Shown here piece by piece: positions 1-14,176 of a stretch of 64,000 nucleotides of DNA. A program made the translations under genes and the position numbers. The first letter of the stretch is position 1. Every line of letters starts with the position of its first letter. The notes beneath the pieces are model-generated. The model had not been told where the DNA came from. It saw only the letters and a list, made by a program, of their open reading frames with translations, and searched no databases. This stretch comes from Eledone cirrhosa (taxonomy: Eukaryota), in assembly GCA_964016885.1 (NCBI GenBank), contig OZ024747.1, forward strand, positions 62,310,001-62,374,000, in the 5' to 3' direction.

Positions 1-125
1 CCTACTACCACCACCACTACTATTACCACCACCACCCCTACCCCTACCACCACCACCACACCACTACTACTACTACCCCCCCTACCCCTACCACTACCAC
101 TACTACCACCACTACTACTACTACT
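1..125. repeat. (CTA/CCA)n trinucleotide microsatellite
   Basis: Visible ctactacca/ccaccac runs. Confidence 0.9.
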
Positions 126-395
126 AGTATGTTCCACTATATTACATGATTGGATAACATTAATGTAAATTGCTAGAAAAAGTAATTATCTTGTGTCAAT
201 GTGGTGAAACATAATGACTGAGACAGCGGAGTAGGGGAGAGAGAGGGGGAGAGTATGTGTGTGTGAGATAGAGAGGGTGAGGGAGAGGGGGACGAAAGAG
301 GTGACAGAGAGGGAGAGCGAGGGGGAAGAGAGTGAGAGAGAAGGGGGGGGGGGAGTGAGCGAGAAGGAGAGAGAAGGGGAAGATGGAGAAAGGAA

Positions 396-432
<37 letters not shown>

Positions 433-864
433 CTAGATAGAGAGATAGAGAGGGGGAGAAAGTTAGTTGTATTAAGATATATTTCTTTATTAATATACAA
501 AATATAATTTAGAGATATATCAGATGAAAGAATGATATTTAACTAATGTATTGGTACGCGATGGGGCCCACCCACAGCCCCGGGGACAGAATGGAGAAGG
601 CGTTTCCCCGGAGGACGGCAAGGGAGACGCTAAGATACCAATATTAACTGAGTTGATCAGGTAACAAGCAATCATTTGAAACTTTAACATTTATGGTGAC
701 GTCACCGCATGTTAACGTCCCCATTATGTTGACATCATTGTTACGTTTTGTTGACGTACTACTACGTTATATTGACGTCATCACATTATTGTCTTTATGG
801 CCACTGGATTGGCATAGTCATTAGATCCTTCTGGGATCGATAAAATAAAGTACCAATCAAGAGG

Positions 865-1073
865 AACGATCGACTTTCGTCAAATCGGACCGAGGAAACA
901 ATGTTTCTATTGGTCATTCCAATTGCTAATACTATCTATCGGTCGCAACTCGAGATAGAAAGAGCAACGTGAAAAATAAAGTGTCTTGCTCAGGGACATA
1001 ACGCATCGCCCAGTTCGGGAATCGAACTGACAACCTCACGATTGCGAATCCAATTCTCTAACCACTCAGCCAC
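865..1073 (-). mobile_element. tRNA-derived SINE, family 2 (CORE-like GTGTCCTTGAGCAAGACACTT motif)
   Basis: Reverse complement of 37013-37222, including the tail gagttgcgaccgatagatagtattagcaatt. Confidence 0.75.
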
Positions 1074-1892
1074 AAGAACTGGGCCAATATATTTCACTCC
1101 CACCTCACATCAAATTGCTGGCATTGTGTCTACAATAGAAACTATTATTGTAATCATGATCAAGATAGTTACTTAACAGTCGGTCACGCCCACAACACAA
1201 TAAGTATATAGTTTTGTGAAACAGCAGCAATGGAGTTTCGTTGTCATAAAGTGCGAAATGAATTCAGTCGAATTTCACCAAAGACCCACATATATATATA
1301 GCTGAACGAGGTGTTGTGTCCAACTGGACGTATCAACACAGTATTAAACCCCTTCCCCCAAACAGTTAGTTGGTTCAATAAATTGGTGTAGTTTCTTCCC
1401 ATCCTTAATGCTGAGGGTCGGAGACCATGGACTACGGCACCAATGTAAATCTATATGATACTGCATGTCCTTAATTCTCATCGGGGAAAAGTGATGTCGG
1501 TGAGTTCCGAATCACCGTCCGTCAATTACTCAGAAACTGGTTACCAAGTTGCAGGTCATCTGTGGTCATCACAATGTTGAAACCATTGGCCACTTGAAAG
1601 TTTGTCTTCAAGGCGACTAAGGTGTTCCGTCTACTATGGTTTTGAAATCAGAATGATCCTTCTCCTAGACAGACTGCCAACCAAGGTGGAACATTAAACT
1701 GCATCTAGTTCGGGAGTTCGGGAGCTGTGGGGAATATGGAGTTACACCTTAGTTGTTTTCACTCCAAGGTCTGCTCTAGCCCGGAGCATTTATGGACTAA
1801 ATAATTACCGTACTCGAGTGGCACCGGTAAGGTATTATCAGCCATTGGGGAAAAATAGGCTAACAAGGTCTGTTTACTTGTATTGGATCACT

Positions 1893-2079
1893 ATTGACTC
1901 TCCTGAAAACCTCCGCCTTTTGGCGGGTTTTGTTTTTCATCTCGCAAGGTGTCCAAAATTAACCCTTCTCACCAAGCAAGCTTAGTGGGGTTGTCGGTTT
2001 AGTCACTGGCAATCCGATCATGTCACAGGTTTTACAGGGTCACATTTACGAGTAGTGTTTGAGAATCACCCGACCTGAT
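1893..2079 (-). mobile_element. Dispersed repeat, putative RTE-type LINE 5' UTR segment
   Basis: Homologous to 39337-39520 (+) and 53870-54056 (-). All three start at CAGGTC. Confidence 0.55.
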
Positions 2080-4549
2080 CAATAATTTTGGTTGCCGTGA
2101 AAAGGAGAACAAATTTGACGTTTTTGAATATTTTTTTTATTGTTATCGCTTCCGCCAATGAAGACCGTTTCCGGTTTTCTCAGATTTCCGATTTAACTCC
2201 ATTGTTAAATTGTATTTATACTCAACTATTTCAATTTTTCTATTAACTTATGAATATAGAAATTGTTGTTTCGGTTGTTGGACAAGATCTTTTGCTACAG
2301 AAGCTTGTATATATCACCAGGCTTTGAGTAACGTTCTTCATCGGAGATTACGCTTGGTGAGACTCAATAAACTATTCAGAGAAACAGTACTCTCCACTCA
2401 CTACCTTCCCCCCCCCCCCCCTCTCTCTCTCCAATATATATAGGCTTATTTATTTCACGTTTTGCATATCCTTGGATCGTAACAAATATATTTGTTACTG
2501 AAAGAGAAGCTGTCCCATGGAATCAATTTAGAATTAGATAAATTGTTGAAGCGAACAGCTTAACGTGTTGGCCTGCTAACAAAGTGTTTGTTTTCTGGAG
2601 TTGCCTAATGAACATATGACACATTTGGCTCTAGAATTTATCAAATAGTTATTTAATTCCTCATATATCATTAATAAAACATCGTCTCTGGATAAGTGGT
2701 ATCATTGTGGTTCTTAACAATGAATTTGGTAATGCTTAATAGATAATAATAACGATCGTCTGAACAGCTGAAATGATACCAAATGCTGCTGTAATAGTAT
2801 CAGCGTGTCGTGACATAATATTTTATTCATATGTAGCTCTTCAATTTGTAAGGAATTAGCAGTTTATATATGATGTGAATTAGATGTGATTTTCATAATT
2901 TAGAAATATCATCTCCAAAATAGACTTTTATATGAAAGGATTCTGATTGTCAGATATAAAACAGGATATAAATTAAACGCAGATTTATTGTGTTCTGTCG
3001 AGTAGGGAATATAATTGTAGAAATATACAAATAGTTTAGAAGGTAAAGCTGATAGCCGGTCTTTGAAAATTATTTCAAAGGAATTCCTTCCTAACAAATG
3101 ATATTCATAAAGATGGAAAATTGGCAATGTGGTTAGAGCTTTGGATAAAATGCCTCGCAGCATTTCATTAAGACGTCTCCGTTTAGAGATTTAATGTAAT
3201 ACTATGTAATCAAAAATGTATTTCGTAATATAAGAAATATCCAGACCCCTTGTTGAATTTCGATGACTCTTCGTCTCTGCTCAAGACGGATACATAACAG
3301 AATCAACATGAGCGAGGTTTGAACACAATGCTGGAGAACGAATGACCATGTTATAATTTCCTTTATAACAATAGCTGTAAAAGCTGCAAATATGTGTAAA
3401 ATTCCACACACATGTACACCAGGTCCGACGAACACAGAGAAACGAAACTGTCATCACCTCCGTCTCTCTCGCCATCCTCATCTCTCACTATTATGAGCAA
3501 ATTCTTTTAACCTGGCAATCTTACATTTCTCCTCACACACCGTCTTCATCTTTGCCAGGAAAATAACTTCATTTCTCTAACCTCTAATCTACTTTCCTCA
3601 CAGAAAATAATTTATTGAATTAGACTAGTGAATCATCGGTATTTGTTTTATTGCACTTATAGTCAGTATATATGAGACAAAATAAATTATTAAGGAAAAA
3701 CCATTATATAAAGACAAAGTGACTCATTCTCACCGATGATAATTTGGTCTTCTATTCCAAACTCGATAAAATAAGTAGCAATTATGGACCGGGCTTGATT
3801 CAATCGGCTATAATCTGCCGCCACAATTTGGTGGTTTTGTGTCAAAACACAAAACCATAATTGCTATTATAATGAAAGTTGTATAATGCAAAGCTACTGT
3901 TTGGTTTTCCTATCTGAGAATGATATCACAATTCAGTTTGTTTTGGTGGCAGAGAAAATCTTGAAAATATGCTACATCAGCGTTATATAATATAATTGTA
4001 TCTACAATGGCACAAGGCCAGCAATGTGAAGGGAAGGGGAAAAGTCGATTAAATCGACCCCAGTACGTTACGTGGACAGCCTTTACAAATCAAACAAGCA
4101 AAGCATAATAGTTACCCGAGTACACAACGAGAACAGTGACAGTAACATCAACATGAAATAGCTAGAAAATCTTTACATTGGGGTAGCAAAACTATGTGTC
4201 TAGCAGAACAATAATAATTATATACAATATAGCCGAGCACTCAAAGATAATAGCGACAGTAACATCGATAATAATGGTTTCTTATATAGGCACAAGGCCA
4301 GCAATTTGTGGGGAGGGGAAAGTCGATTAAATCGTCCCCAGTGCGTGACTGGTACTTTATTTTATCGACCCCATAAGGATGAAAGGCAAAGTTAACCTCG
4401 GCAATATTTGAAGTCAGTCTATATGGTGCAAAGCATGTTGTGATTAAGAAGTTATTGCGGTATTTGTTCCGGTTCTTTGGGTTCCGATTTCAAATCTCAC
4501 TCGAGGTCAATATCGCTTTTCATTCTTCCGGGATCGGTAAAAAAAATAA

Positions 4550-4770
4550 TGATTTCTTATATAAGCACAAGGCCAGCAATTATTTTTGGGGTGGAGTGGA
4601 AAGTCGATTAAATCGACCCCAGTACGTTACTGGTGCTTTATGTTATCTACCCCGTAAGGATGAAAGGCAAAGTTAACCTCGGCGGGATTTGAACTCAGAC
4701 CGTAAAAGACCGTAACTCTATGCTGCAAAGTATGGTGTACGACTCTACCAATACTGCCAACCCACCGTCC
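4550..4770 (-). mobile_element. tRNA-derived SINE, family 1
   Basis: On the minus strand: A-box-like TGGCAGTATTGG, B-box GAGTTCAAATCC, core TTTCATCCTTACGGGGT.GATAA, tail GCTGGCCTTGTGC. A partial copy lies at 4275-4420. Confidence 0.85.
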
Positions 4771-4979
4771 TTGATCGATACAAAAATAATATTAGTGAAG
4801 TATTGGGACCAATGTTATAGACTCACCCAACTCAACTTATGTCTAAATTAAAAAGACCCCCCCCCCCCAAACCCAAACATTATGAGGTTACAAAATTCGC
4901 TTCGTATTTACGTAACTCCTGGTTCAAACCAACTGCGAGCACTCTGGCCACGTCTCTTTTATTATAATCTCGGGTGAAA

Positions 4980-5195
4980 TTGGTGGAAAGGCAGAATCGG
5001 TAGAGCGTCGGACAATATGCTTTGCGGCATAGAGTAATGACCCTTTACGTTTTGAGTTCAAATCCCACCAAGGTTAGCTTTGCTTTTCATCCTTACGGGG
5101 TCGATGAAATAAAGTATTTGTAATGCACTGGGGTGATTTAATCGACTTTCCCCTCCACAAATGATTGGCTTTGTACTTAAATCAGAAACAATTAT
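4980..5195 (+). mobile_element. SINE family 1
   Basis: ggcagaatcggtagagcgtcggac...gagttcaaatccc...ggggtcgatgaaataaag. Confidence 0.85.
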
Positions 5196-5689
5196 AGTTT
5201 TGGGTTGATCAAATCCTTGGGAGTTAAACTGGGTGGAAGGAAACTGTGCGAGAGTTTGGCGTCATTATCGTTATAGGCAAACCCTAGCGCAAAAAGGGTG
5301 GAAACAGATACTGAAAGGTATCATGTCCGACGCCTTAACAACTCCACCAAACCTTCGACGTGGATTTGTTGTTTATTTATCGACCTCGAATAGATAAAAG
5401 GTAAAATTAACCTCGGCGGTATTTAAGCTCAGAGCACAGACTGCCGGAACAAATATTAATTTCTAATGTAGGCCAGCAAATTTAGAGGAAAGGCACAGTT
5501 GATTAAATCAACCACAGTATGTGACTGGTACTTTATTTTTTTTTTTTTTTTCGAACCCGGAGGGAAAGATGAAATACAAAGTCGACCTCGGTGAGATTTG
5601 AACTCAGAATGTAAAGATCCAGAGCAAATACAGCAATGGCATTTTACCCGGCGCACTACCAATTTTGCCAATCCACCACCCTTGGCCGA

Positions 5690-6000
5690 AACAAATATAG
5701 AGCAATGTATTCTCTTCGCTGTTTTAACGATTGTACTAATCAATCTCTTTCAGTTCTAATCCCACTGAGGTCAACTTTGCCTTTCATCCATTCAAGGTCG
5801 ATAAAAATGAGTACCAGTCTAATACTGGGGTCGATTCTTCCTCTACATCTCTTTCTCATTTCCTCTCTCTCACTTTCTATCTTTCTTTGGAAGAAATCTG
5901 CTGTACTCAGGCTTGGGGAGGGATGGGCTCCGCCAGGCTTAAAATGCCCAAGAATGTCAATACGGCGCCCCTACGTCTCTACCAAGAGCTACGGGTCCAT
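5690..6000 (+). mobile_element. SINE family-1 core with an alternative 3' tail
   Basis: Core tttcatccattcaaggtcgataaaaatgagtaccag is followed by tail gaagaaatctgctgtactcaggc...gggtccatac. The same core plus tail occurs at 36710-37000 (-). Confidence 0.65.
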
Positions 6001-6366
6001 ACCATACCATACCATACCATACCATACCATACTACACCACACCACACCACATCACACCATGCTACACCACACCATGCCACACCACACCACACCACGCCAC
6101 GCCACGCCACGCCACACCACACCATACTATACCATACCACACCACACCACTCCATACCATACCATACCACACCACACTATATCATACCACACCACACCAT
6201 ACCATACCATACCATATCATACCACACCACACCACACCACACCACACCACACCACACCACACCACACCACACCACACCACACCACACCACACCACACCAC
6301 ACTATACCACACCACACCATACCATACCATACCACACCACACCATACCACACTACACCATACCACA
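5998..6366. repeat. (CATAC/CACAC)n pentamer microsatellite
   Basis: Direct reading; it begins at the 3' end of the preceding SINE tail. Confidence 0.95.
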
Positions 6367-7652
6367 CATGAAAGAATGGCAATTATCTAGTTAATAGTAA
6401 CAGACTAGTAAGTTTGTAAAGAGACTGTTTAATTTGACGAATAAGGTAAATGCTTTTAACAGTTTTCAATAAATTCTTAGATAAAATGTTGAAGATCATC
6501 GGAAATAATTTGATTAGGGGATCAATTATCTATTTAATTAATTTGATTGAAAGGTCAAATGTCTATCTAATTCGATTAGGACATCAAATTTACTTGGAAA
6601 CTCAATTGACTTCAAGGTACAGTAGGTGTTGTTGTTGGTGTTGTTGTTTGGTCTTTAGCGATGGTCAATTATCTGGGGAGGCCACCAATTTGATTGACTG
6701 ACTTGTCATTTTATCAGTCAGATGTTTTCAGTGTTAGGCTTGATTCACACACACACACACACACCCACCCACTCACACACACATACCCCCCCCCCCACAC
6801 ACATTCTCTCTCTCTTGGGGAAATTGGCTGTGCTCTGACCTGGAGAGTGATAGGCTCCACCAGGTATAAAATGCTGAAGACTGCTTTGCTATGACTCCAT
6901 CAAAAGTTAATGGACCTTTACTTTTTTATGTAAGCATTCTTTGGTTGTTCATAGTGTTGTTGTTGGTGTTGCTTGGTCTTTAGCGATGGTCAGTTGTCTT
7001 CAAGGTACAGTAGGTGTTGTTGTTTGGTTAAGGAGACCTATGATCAAAGTCATTCCAGCCGTGACCATCTATCCTGCCTTTTATCTAAGAGATTAAGTAA
7101 TGGTCGCAGAAATTATCGAGTAGTCTGGTATTAAGGGGATTTTCGTTCCTTTTGTGAATTTTAACACAAACATGGAAGCAAGTAAGTGAATATTGATCAA
7201 AGTTCTTTGGTCAGTCTGATGTTTGTAGTATTTACTGCCATGATGGCTTCAACCATTCTATTGAAGAAGAATTCAAGTTGTAGCATTATTTCCTTTGGGA
7301 TTTTATACAAGTTCGGAGTTGACATTCAGGGAGATGATTAATGCATTTTGGTATATTTCTTAGAATATGGACTGTGTGTAGCGATATGTATATGTGTATG
7401 CCTGTTTGTGTGTGTGAGAGTGTGTTTGAGTGTATGTGTTTGTGTGTGTGTGCGCGTATTTGTGTGTGTGAGAGAGTGTGTGTGTTTGTGTGTGTGCGTG
7501 TGTTTGTGTGTGATAAGTGTGTGTATGTGTTTGTGTGTATATGCGTGTTTGTGTTTGTGTGTGTGTGTTTATTTGTGAGTGTGTGTTTGTGAGAGTGTGC
7601 GTGTGCGCGTGTTTGTTTGTGTGTGTGAGTTTGGGTGAGTGCGTCTGTGAGC

Positions 7653-7693
<41 letters not shown>

Positions 7694-7929
7694 ATTGTGT
7701 GTTTGTCCTTTCAACTACAAGTACACCTCCCTTTTTGCCAGATGAGTTGACTTGATGAACGTGAAATAAAGTGACTTGCTCAAGGAAACAACGTACCGCT
7801 GCCGTGAATCAATCAGGATGATCCGAACACCCTAACCACTAGGGCCACATGCCTTCACAAGTAATAATATAAACTTTATTATAGACGTAGTGTTTCGTAC
7901 CAAAGGACATCACATCCACAGAAAAGGAA

Positions 7930-8098
7930 CCGTTTTTCCCGGCGTAGAAGACGCTACTTTTATCCTAAAATAAGTCTCAAAAATCTACCATGCGTCTTGG
8001 AGACCGAAGGTTGTTTATTATTTTTTTTTCAAATTTTTGGTTGTCAAAATTAGGGTGCGTCCTCGAGGACGAAGCGTCTTTGGCGCGGGGAAATACGG
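7930..8098. mobile_element. Tc2/pogo-type MITE (Tc1/mariner superfamily)
   Basis: Inverted termini CCGTTTTTCCCGGCGTAGAAGACGC and GCGTCTTTGGCGCGGGGAAATACGG, followed by TA. Confidence 0.7.
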
Positions 8099-8145
8099 TA
8101 AGTTATTTTATCTACTGCAATAGAGATAATATTTTTACCAGTGAT

Positions 8146-8578
8146 AAGGGTGGTGGATTGGCAGTATCGGTGGAGCGTCGGACACTATACTTTGAAGCAT
8201 ACATTCTGAGTTCAAATCTCGCCGAGGTCTACTTTGACTTTCATCCTTACGAGGTCGATAAAATAAAGTACCAGTAACGAACTGGAGTCGATTTAATAAA
8301 CTTTCCCCTCTTCCAAATGTTGGACTTGTGCCTATAGTAGAAACCATTATTAAAGGTGGTGAGTTGGCAGTATCGGCTGAACGTTGCACAATATTCTTTG
8401 CGACATAGAGTTATGGCCCTTTACTCTCCGAGTTCAAATCCCTCCGAGGTTAGCTTTGCTTTTCATCCTTACGAGGATAAAATAAAATAAAACACCAGTA
8501 ATGCAATGGCGTAGATTTAACCGACTTTTCTCTCTCTCTCAACATTTCTAGCCTTGTGCCTATAGCAGAAACAATTAA
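8146..8578 (+). mobile_element. Two tandem SINE family-1 copies
   Basis: Two heads (ggtggattggcagtatcgg, ggtgagttggcagtatcgg), each with B box and core. Confidence 0.85.
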
Positions 8579-8784
8579 TTTTACCGGTGACATCGTTTAT
8601 TGAGACCAGGCTTAAATATTGGTTCTATAATATTCCCCAATATTGATTGATTTTGTTCTTTAACATATCTCAAAGAATAGCAACTGGCTTAATTACTAGG
8701 CGGACACATCAGTCCCACCGCATCCATTCTGCTCTATTATGTCTCCAAGTCACTTCACCTTTTTTTTTTAAACGCATATTTATT

Positions 8785-10284
8785 CCTTTACTCTGTCACT
8801 TGTTTTAGATAATTAGACTGCGGCCATACGGCCTTACATGGTAGCTATTTTATCTTAGACTGCGGTCATACGGCCTTACATGGAAGTTATTTTATGTCAG
8901 ACTGCGGCCATACGGCCTTACATGGTAGCTATTTTATCTTAGACTGCGGCCATACGGCCTTACATGGTAGTTATTTTATCTTAGACTGCGGCCATACGGC
9001 CTTACATGGTAGCTATTTTATCTTAGACTGCGGCCATACGGCCTTACATGGTAGTTATTTTATCTTAGACTGCCGCCATACGGCCTTACGTGCTAGTTAT
9101 TTTATCTTAGACTGCGGCCATACAGCCTTACGTGCTAGTTATTTTATCTTAGACTGCGGCCATACGGCCTTACATGGTAGTTATTTTATCTTAGACTGCG
9201 GCCATACGGCCTTACATGGTAGTTATTTTATCTTAGACTGCGGCCATACGGCCTTACATGGTAGTTATTTTATGTCAGACTGCGGCCATACGGCCTTACA
9301 TGGTAGTTATTTTATCTTAGACTGCGGCCATACGGCCTTACATGGTAGCTATTTTATGTCAGACTGCGGCCATACGGCCTTACATGGTAGTTATTTTATC
9401 TTAGACTGCGGCCATACGGCCTTACATGGTAGCTATTTTATCTTAGACTGCGGCCATACGGCCTTACATGGTAGTTATTTTATCTTAGACTGCCGCCATA
9501 CGGCCTTACGTGCTAGTTATTTTATCTTAGACTGCGGCCATACAGCCTTACGTGCTAGTTATTTTATCTTAGACTGCGGCCATACGGCCTTACATGGTAG
9601 TTATTTTATCTTAGACTGCGGCCATACGGCCTTACATGGTAGTTATTTTATCTTAGACTGCGGCCATACGGCCTTACATGGTAGTTATTTTATGTCAGAC
9701 TGCGGCCATACGGCCTTACATGGTAGTTATTTTATCTTAGACTGCGGCCATACGGCCTTACATGGTAGCTATTTTATGTCAGACTGCGGCCATACGGCCT
9801 TACATGGTAGTTATTTTATCTTAGACTGCGGCCATACGGCCTTACATGGTAGTTATTTTATCTTAGACTGCGGCCATACGGCCTTACATGGAAGTTATTT
9901 TATCTTAGACTGCGGCCATACGGCCTTACATGGTAGCTATTTTATCTTAGACTGCGGCCATACGGCCTTACATGGTAACTATTTTATCGATTTCTTTTAT
10001 GTCGAACCGCCAAGTTGCAAGATATAAACTGTAAACACACACGCACACACACATATATACGACTGACTCTCTCTTACACACACACACACGACAGGCTGAC
10101 ACACACACACACACGACGGGCTCTCACATACACGCACACGATGGGTTTTCTCACTATTTATATATCATGCACACATACACACAACGGGCTCACACACCCA
10201 CACACACACATACGATGGTCTCACTCTCTCTCTCACACACATGGCATGCTCTCTCTCTCTCTCTCTCACACACAAACGACATGC

Positions 10285-10316
<32 letters not shown>

Positions 10317-10466
10317 GCGACATGCTCTCTCTCTCTCTCACAAATGACATGCTCTCTCTCACACACACACACGACATGCTTTCTCTCTCGCTCTTTCTCT
10401 CTCTCTCACACACACGAAATGCTCTCTCTCTCTTTCTCTATCTCTCTCACACACACACACGACATG

Positions 10467-10519
<53 letters not shown>

Positions 10520-10687
10520 GACATGCCCTCTCTCGCTCTTTCTCTGTCTCTCTCTCTCACACACACACACGACATGCCCCCCGCTCTCTCTCTCACACAC
10601 ACACACGACGAGCTCTCACAGTTTCCGCCTACCCAATTTAACCCCCCAAACATTAGTCAATCCAAAGCTATAGTAGAAGATATTTGC
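8785..10687 (-). mobile_element. SINE family 3 copy inflated by internal satellite expansions
   Basis: The right end cagtttccgcctac...gctatagtagaagatatttgc is the reverse complement of the body seen at 29787-29830 (gcaagtgtcttctactata). The left end (tttactc...gactgcggccat) resembles the reverse complement of the tail at 44993-45050. Confidence 0.55.
8813..9988. repeat. 42-bp minisatellite, 28 units, with a 420-bp higher-order duplication
   Basis: Unit TTAGACTGCGGCCATACGGCCTTACATGGTAGTTATTTTATC. The variant tgccgccata...cgtgctag recurs at 9071 and 9491. Confidence 0.95.
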
Positions 10688-10699
10688 AAACGACAACGA

Positions 10700-10988
10700 C
10701 GACAATGATGGTGATGATGGTGATGATGGTGATGATGGTGATGATGGTGATGATGAAACTGGTGATGACGATGTGACGAAGACAATGGCGATGATGATGC
10801 GAATGATAATAGTGACGATAATAATGTTAATGATGATTACAACGATGATGATAATGTTGGTGGTGATAATGTTGATGATGATGATGATGATGATAAAGAA
10901 GATAATGTCGACGATAACAATGATGATGACGACGACGACAACAATGATGACGATGACAACGAGAACGAGAACAACGACGACAACGACC
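10700..10988. repeat. (GAT/GAC)n trinucleotide low-complexity tract
   Basis: Direct reading. Confidence 0.85.
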
Positions 10989-11026
10989 TAATAATATAAA
11001 CCGTAGCCCTGAAACTTTTTATTTTC

Positions 11027-13064
11027 CCATACAGTCTTCCATACAGTCACCCATACAGTCACCCATACAGTCACCCATACAGTCATCCATACAGTCACCC
11101 ATACAGTCACCCATACAGTCATCCATACAGTCACCCATACAGTCACCCATACAGTCACCCATACAGTCACCCATACAGTCATCGATATAGTCACCCATAC
11201 AGTCATCCATACAGTCATCCATACAGTCACCCATACAGTCACCCATACAGTCACCCATACAGTCACCCATACAGTCATCCATACAGTCACCCATACAGTC
11301 ACCCATACAGTCACCCATACAGTCATCCATACAGTCACCCATACAGTCACCCATACAGTCACCCATACAGTCATCGATATAGTCACCCATACAGTCATCC
11401 ATACAGTCACCCATACAGTCACCCATACAGTCATCCATACAGTCACCCATACAGTCACCCATACAGTCACCCATACAGTCATCGATATAGTCACCCATAC
11501 AGTCATCCATACAGTCATCCATACAGTCACCCATACAGTCACCCATACAGTCACCCATACAGTCACCCATACAGTCATCCATACAGTCACCCATACAGTC
11601 ACCCATACAGTCACCCATACAGTCATCCATACAGTCACCCATACAGTCACCCATACAGTCATCCATACAGTCACCCATACAGTCACCCATACAGTCACCC
11701 ATACAGTCATCCATACAGTCATCCATACAGTCACCCATACAGTCACCCATACAGTCATCCATACAGTCACCCATACAGTCATCCATACAGTCATCCATAC
11801 AGTCACCCATACAGTCACCCATACAGTCACCCATACAGTCATCCATACAGTCATCCATACAGTCATCCATACAGTCACCCATACAGTCATCCATACAGTC
11901 ATCCATACAGTCACCCATACAGTCTTCCATACAGTCACCCATACAGTCACCCATACAGTCATCCATACAGTCACCCATACAGTCTTCCATACAGTCACCC
12001 ATACAGTCACCCATACAGTCACCCATACAGTCATCCATACAGTTATCCATACAGTTATCCATACGGTCACCCATACGGTCATCCATACAGTCATCCATAC
12101 AGTCATCCATACAGTCATCCATACAGTCACCCATACAGTCACCCATACAGTCATCCATACAGTCATCGATACAGTCATCCATACAGTCATCCATACAGTC
12201 ACCCATACAGTCACCCATAGTCATCCATACAGTCATCGATACAGTCATCCATACAGTCATCGATACAGTCATCCATACAGTCATCCATACAGTCATCCAT
12301 ACAGTCATCCATACGGTCACCCATACAGTCACCCATACAGTCATCCATACAGTCATCCATACAGTCATCCATACAGTCACCCATACAGTTATCCATACGG
12401 TCACCCATACAGTCACCCATACAGTCACCCATACAGTCACCCATACAGTCATCCATACAGTCATCCATACAGTCACCCATACAGTCACCCATACAGTCAT
12501 CCATACAGTCATCCATACAGTCATCCATACAGTCATCCATACAGTCATCCATACAGTCATCCATACAGTCATCCATACAGTCATCCATACAGTCATCGAT
12601 ACAGTCATCCATACAGTCACCCATACAGTCTTCCATACAGTCACCCATACAGTCACCCATATAGTCACCCATACAGTCATCCATACAGTCACCCATATAG
12701 TCACCATATAGTCACCCATACAGTTACCCATATAGTCACCCATACAGTCATCCATACAGTCACCCATATAGTCACCATATAGTCACCCATATAGTCACCC
12801 ATACAGTCACCCATACAGTCATCCATACAGTCACCCATATAGTCATCGATATAGTCACCCATACAGTCACCCATACAGTCATCGATACAGTCATCGATAT
12901 AGTCACCCATACAGTCATCCATACAGTCACCCATATAGTCACCATATAGTCACCCATACAGTCATCCATATAGTCACCCATACAGTCATCCATACAGTCA
13001 CCCATATAGTCATCGATATAGTCACCCATACAGTCACCCATACAGTCATCGATACAGTCATCCA
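11027..13064. repeat. 12-bp satellite CATACAGTCA(C/T)C, about 170 units
   Basis: Direct reading; 11161-11340 repeats at 11461-11640 (300-bp period). Confidence 0.95.
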
Positions 13065-13424
13065 GTTTTGTGCGAGCCACAAGTAAAATACTACAAAGCC
13101 ACACCAAACCACAGCCAGACTGTTTGATAAAACTGAAAGGAGAAGAGAAAAAATATTTTATTCATATCCGAGAAATCCCCAATAATTTATTCATGTCCTT
13201 AATATATTCCTTCTGATCCTTTTCACTGGAACTTTCACCAAGGAGAATTCCATGTAGAAATATGTATTCTTTTAACAAGAAAATTTTCATTTTGGAATTA
13301 TTATGACTGTTTTATGAAGTTTTATGTTAATTTTTTTTTATTTAGTTTGTTTTATTATGTATATTTTATTGTTGTATGTTTTTATTGATTTTTTTATAGC
13401 TTTTATTGATTTTTCTCTACAGTA

Positions 13425-14145
13425 CACACTCATACATACATACTATATACATACACACATACAAAACATAAATACATATATATATATACATACATACATA
13501 CATACATACAGACAGACATACATACATTCTCATACATACGTATATACAGACATACATACTCATACATACGTATATACATACATATACACATACAAAACAT
13601 ACATATATATATACACATACATACTCATACATACGTATAGATATAGATACACACATACAAAACATAAATACATATATATATATACATACATACATATAGA
13701 CATACATACATTCTCATACATACGTATATATAGACATACATACTCATACATACGTATACACATACATATACACATACAATACATACATATATATATACAC
13801 ATACATACTCATACATACGTATAGATATACATACACATATACAAAACATTCATACATATATATCTGTATATATATACAGTGTATACTCATACATACATAT
13901 ATACATATATACATACACACACACATGTAAATATGCATAAGCACAGACACTCATTGTATGTTTGTATGCACACACGCATACATATATGCATATATATATA
14001 TATATATATATGTACTAACGTGTATATGCATGTATAATATACGTACGTACATGTGTATATATGTTTGTTTGTGTGTATATATGTATATATTATATATAAA
14101 TACATATAAACATAAATACATAATTCAAACATAAATACATACATA

Positions 14146-14176
<31 letters not shown>

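Noticed and set aside
2455-3480. Unique-looking sequence with short hydrophobic ORFs
   Set aside because: No recognisable domain or clear splice structure; small host exons cannot be excluded by eye.
10988-12767. 408-582-aa ORFs (MGDCMDDC and VWVT repeats)
   Set aside because: Read-through of a 12-bp satellite, open in multiple frames and frameshifted by indel units.
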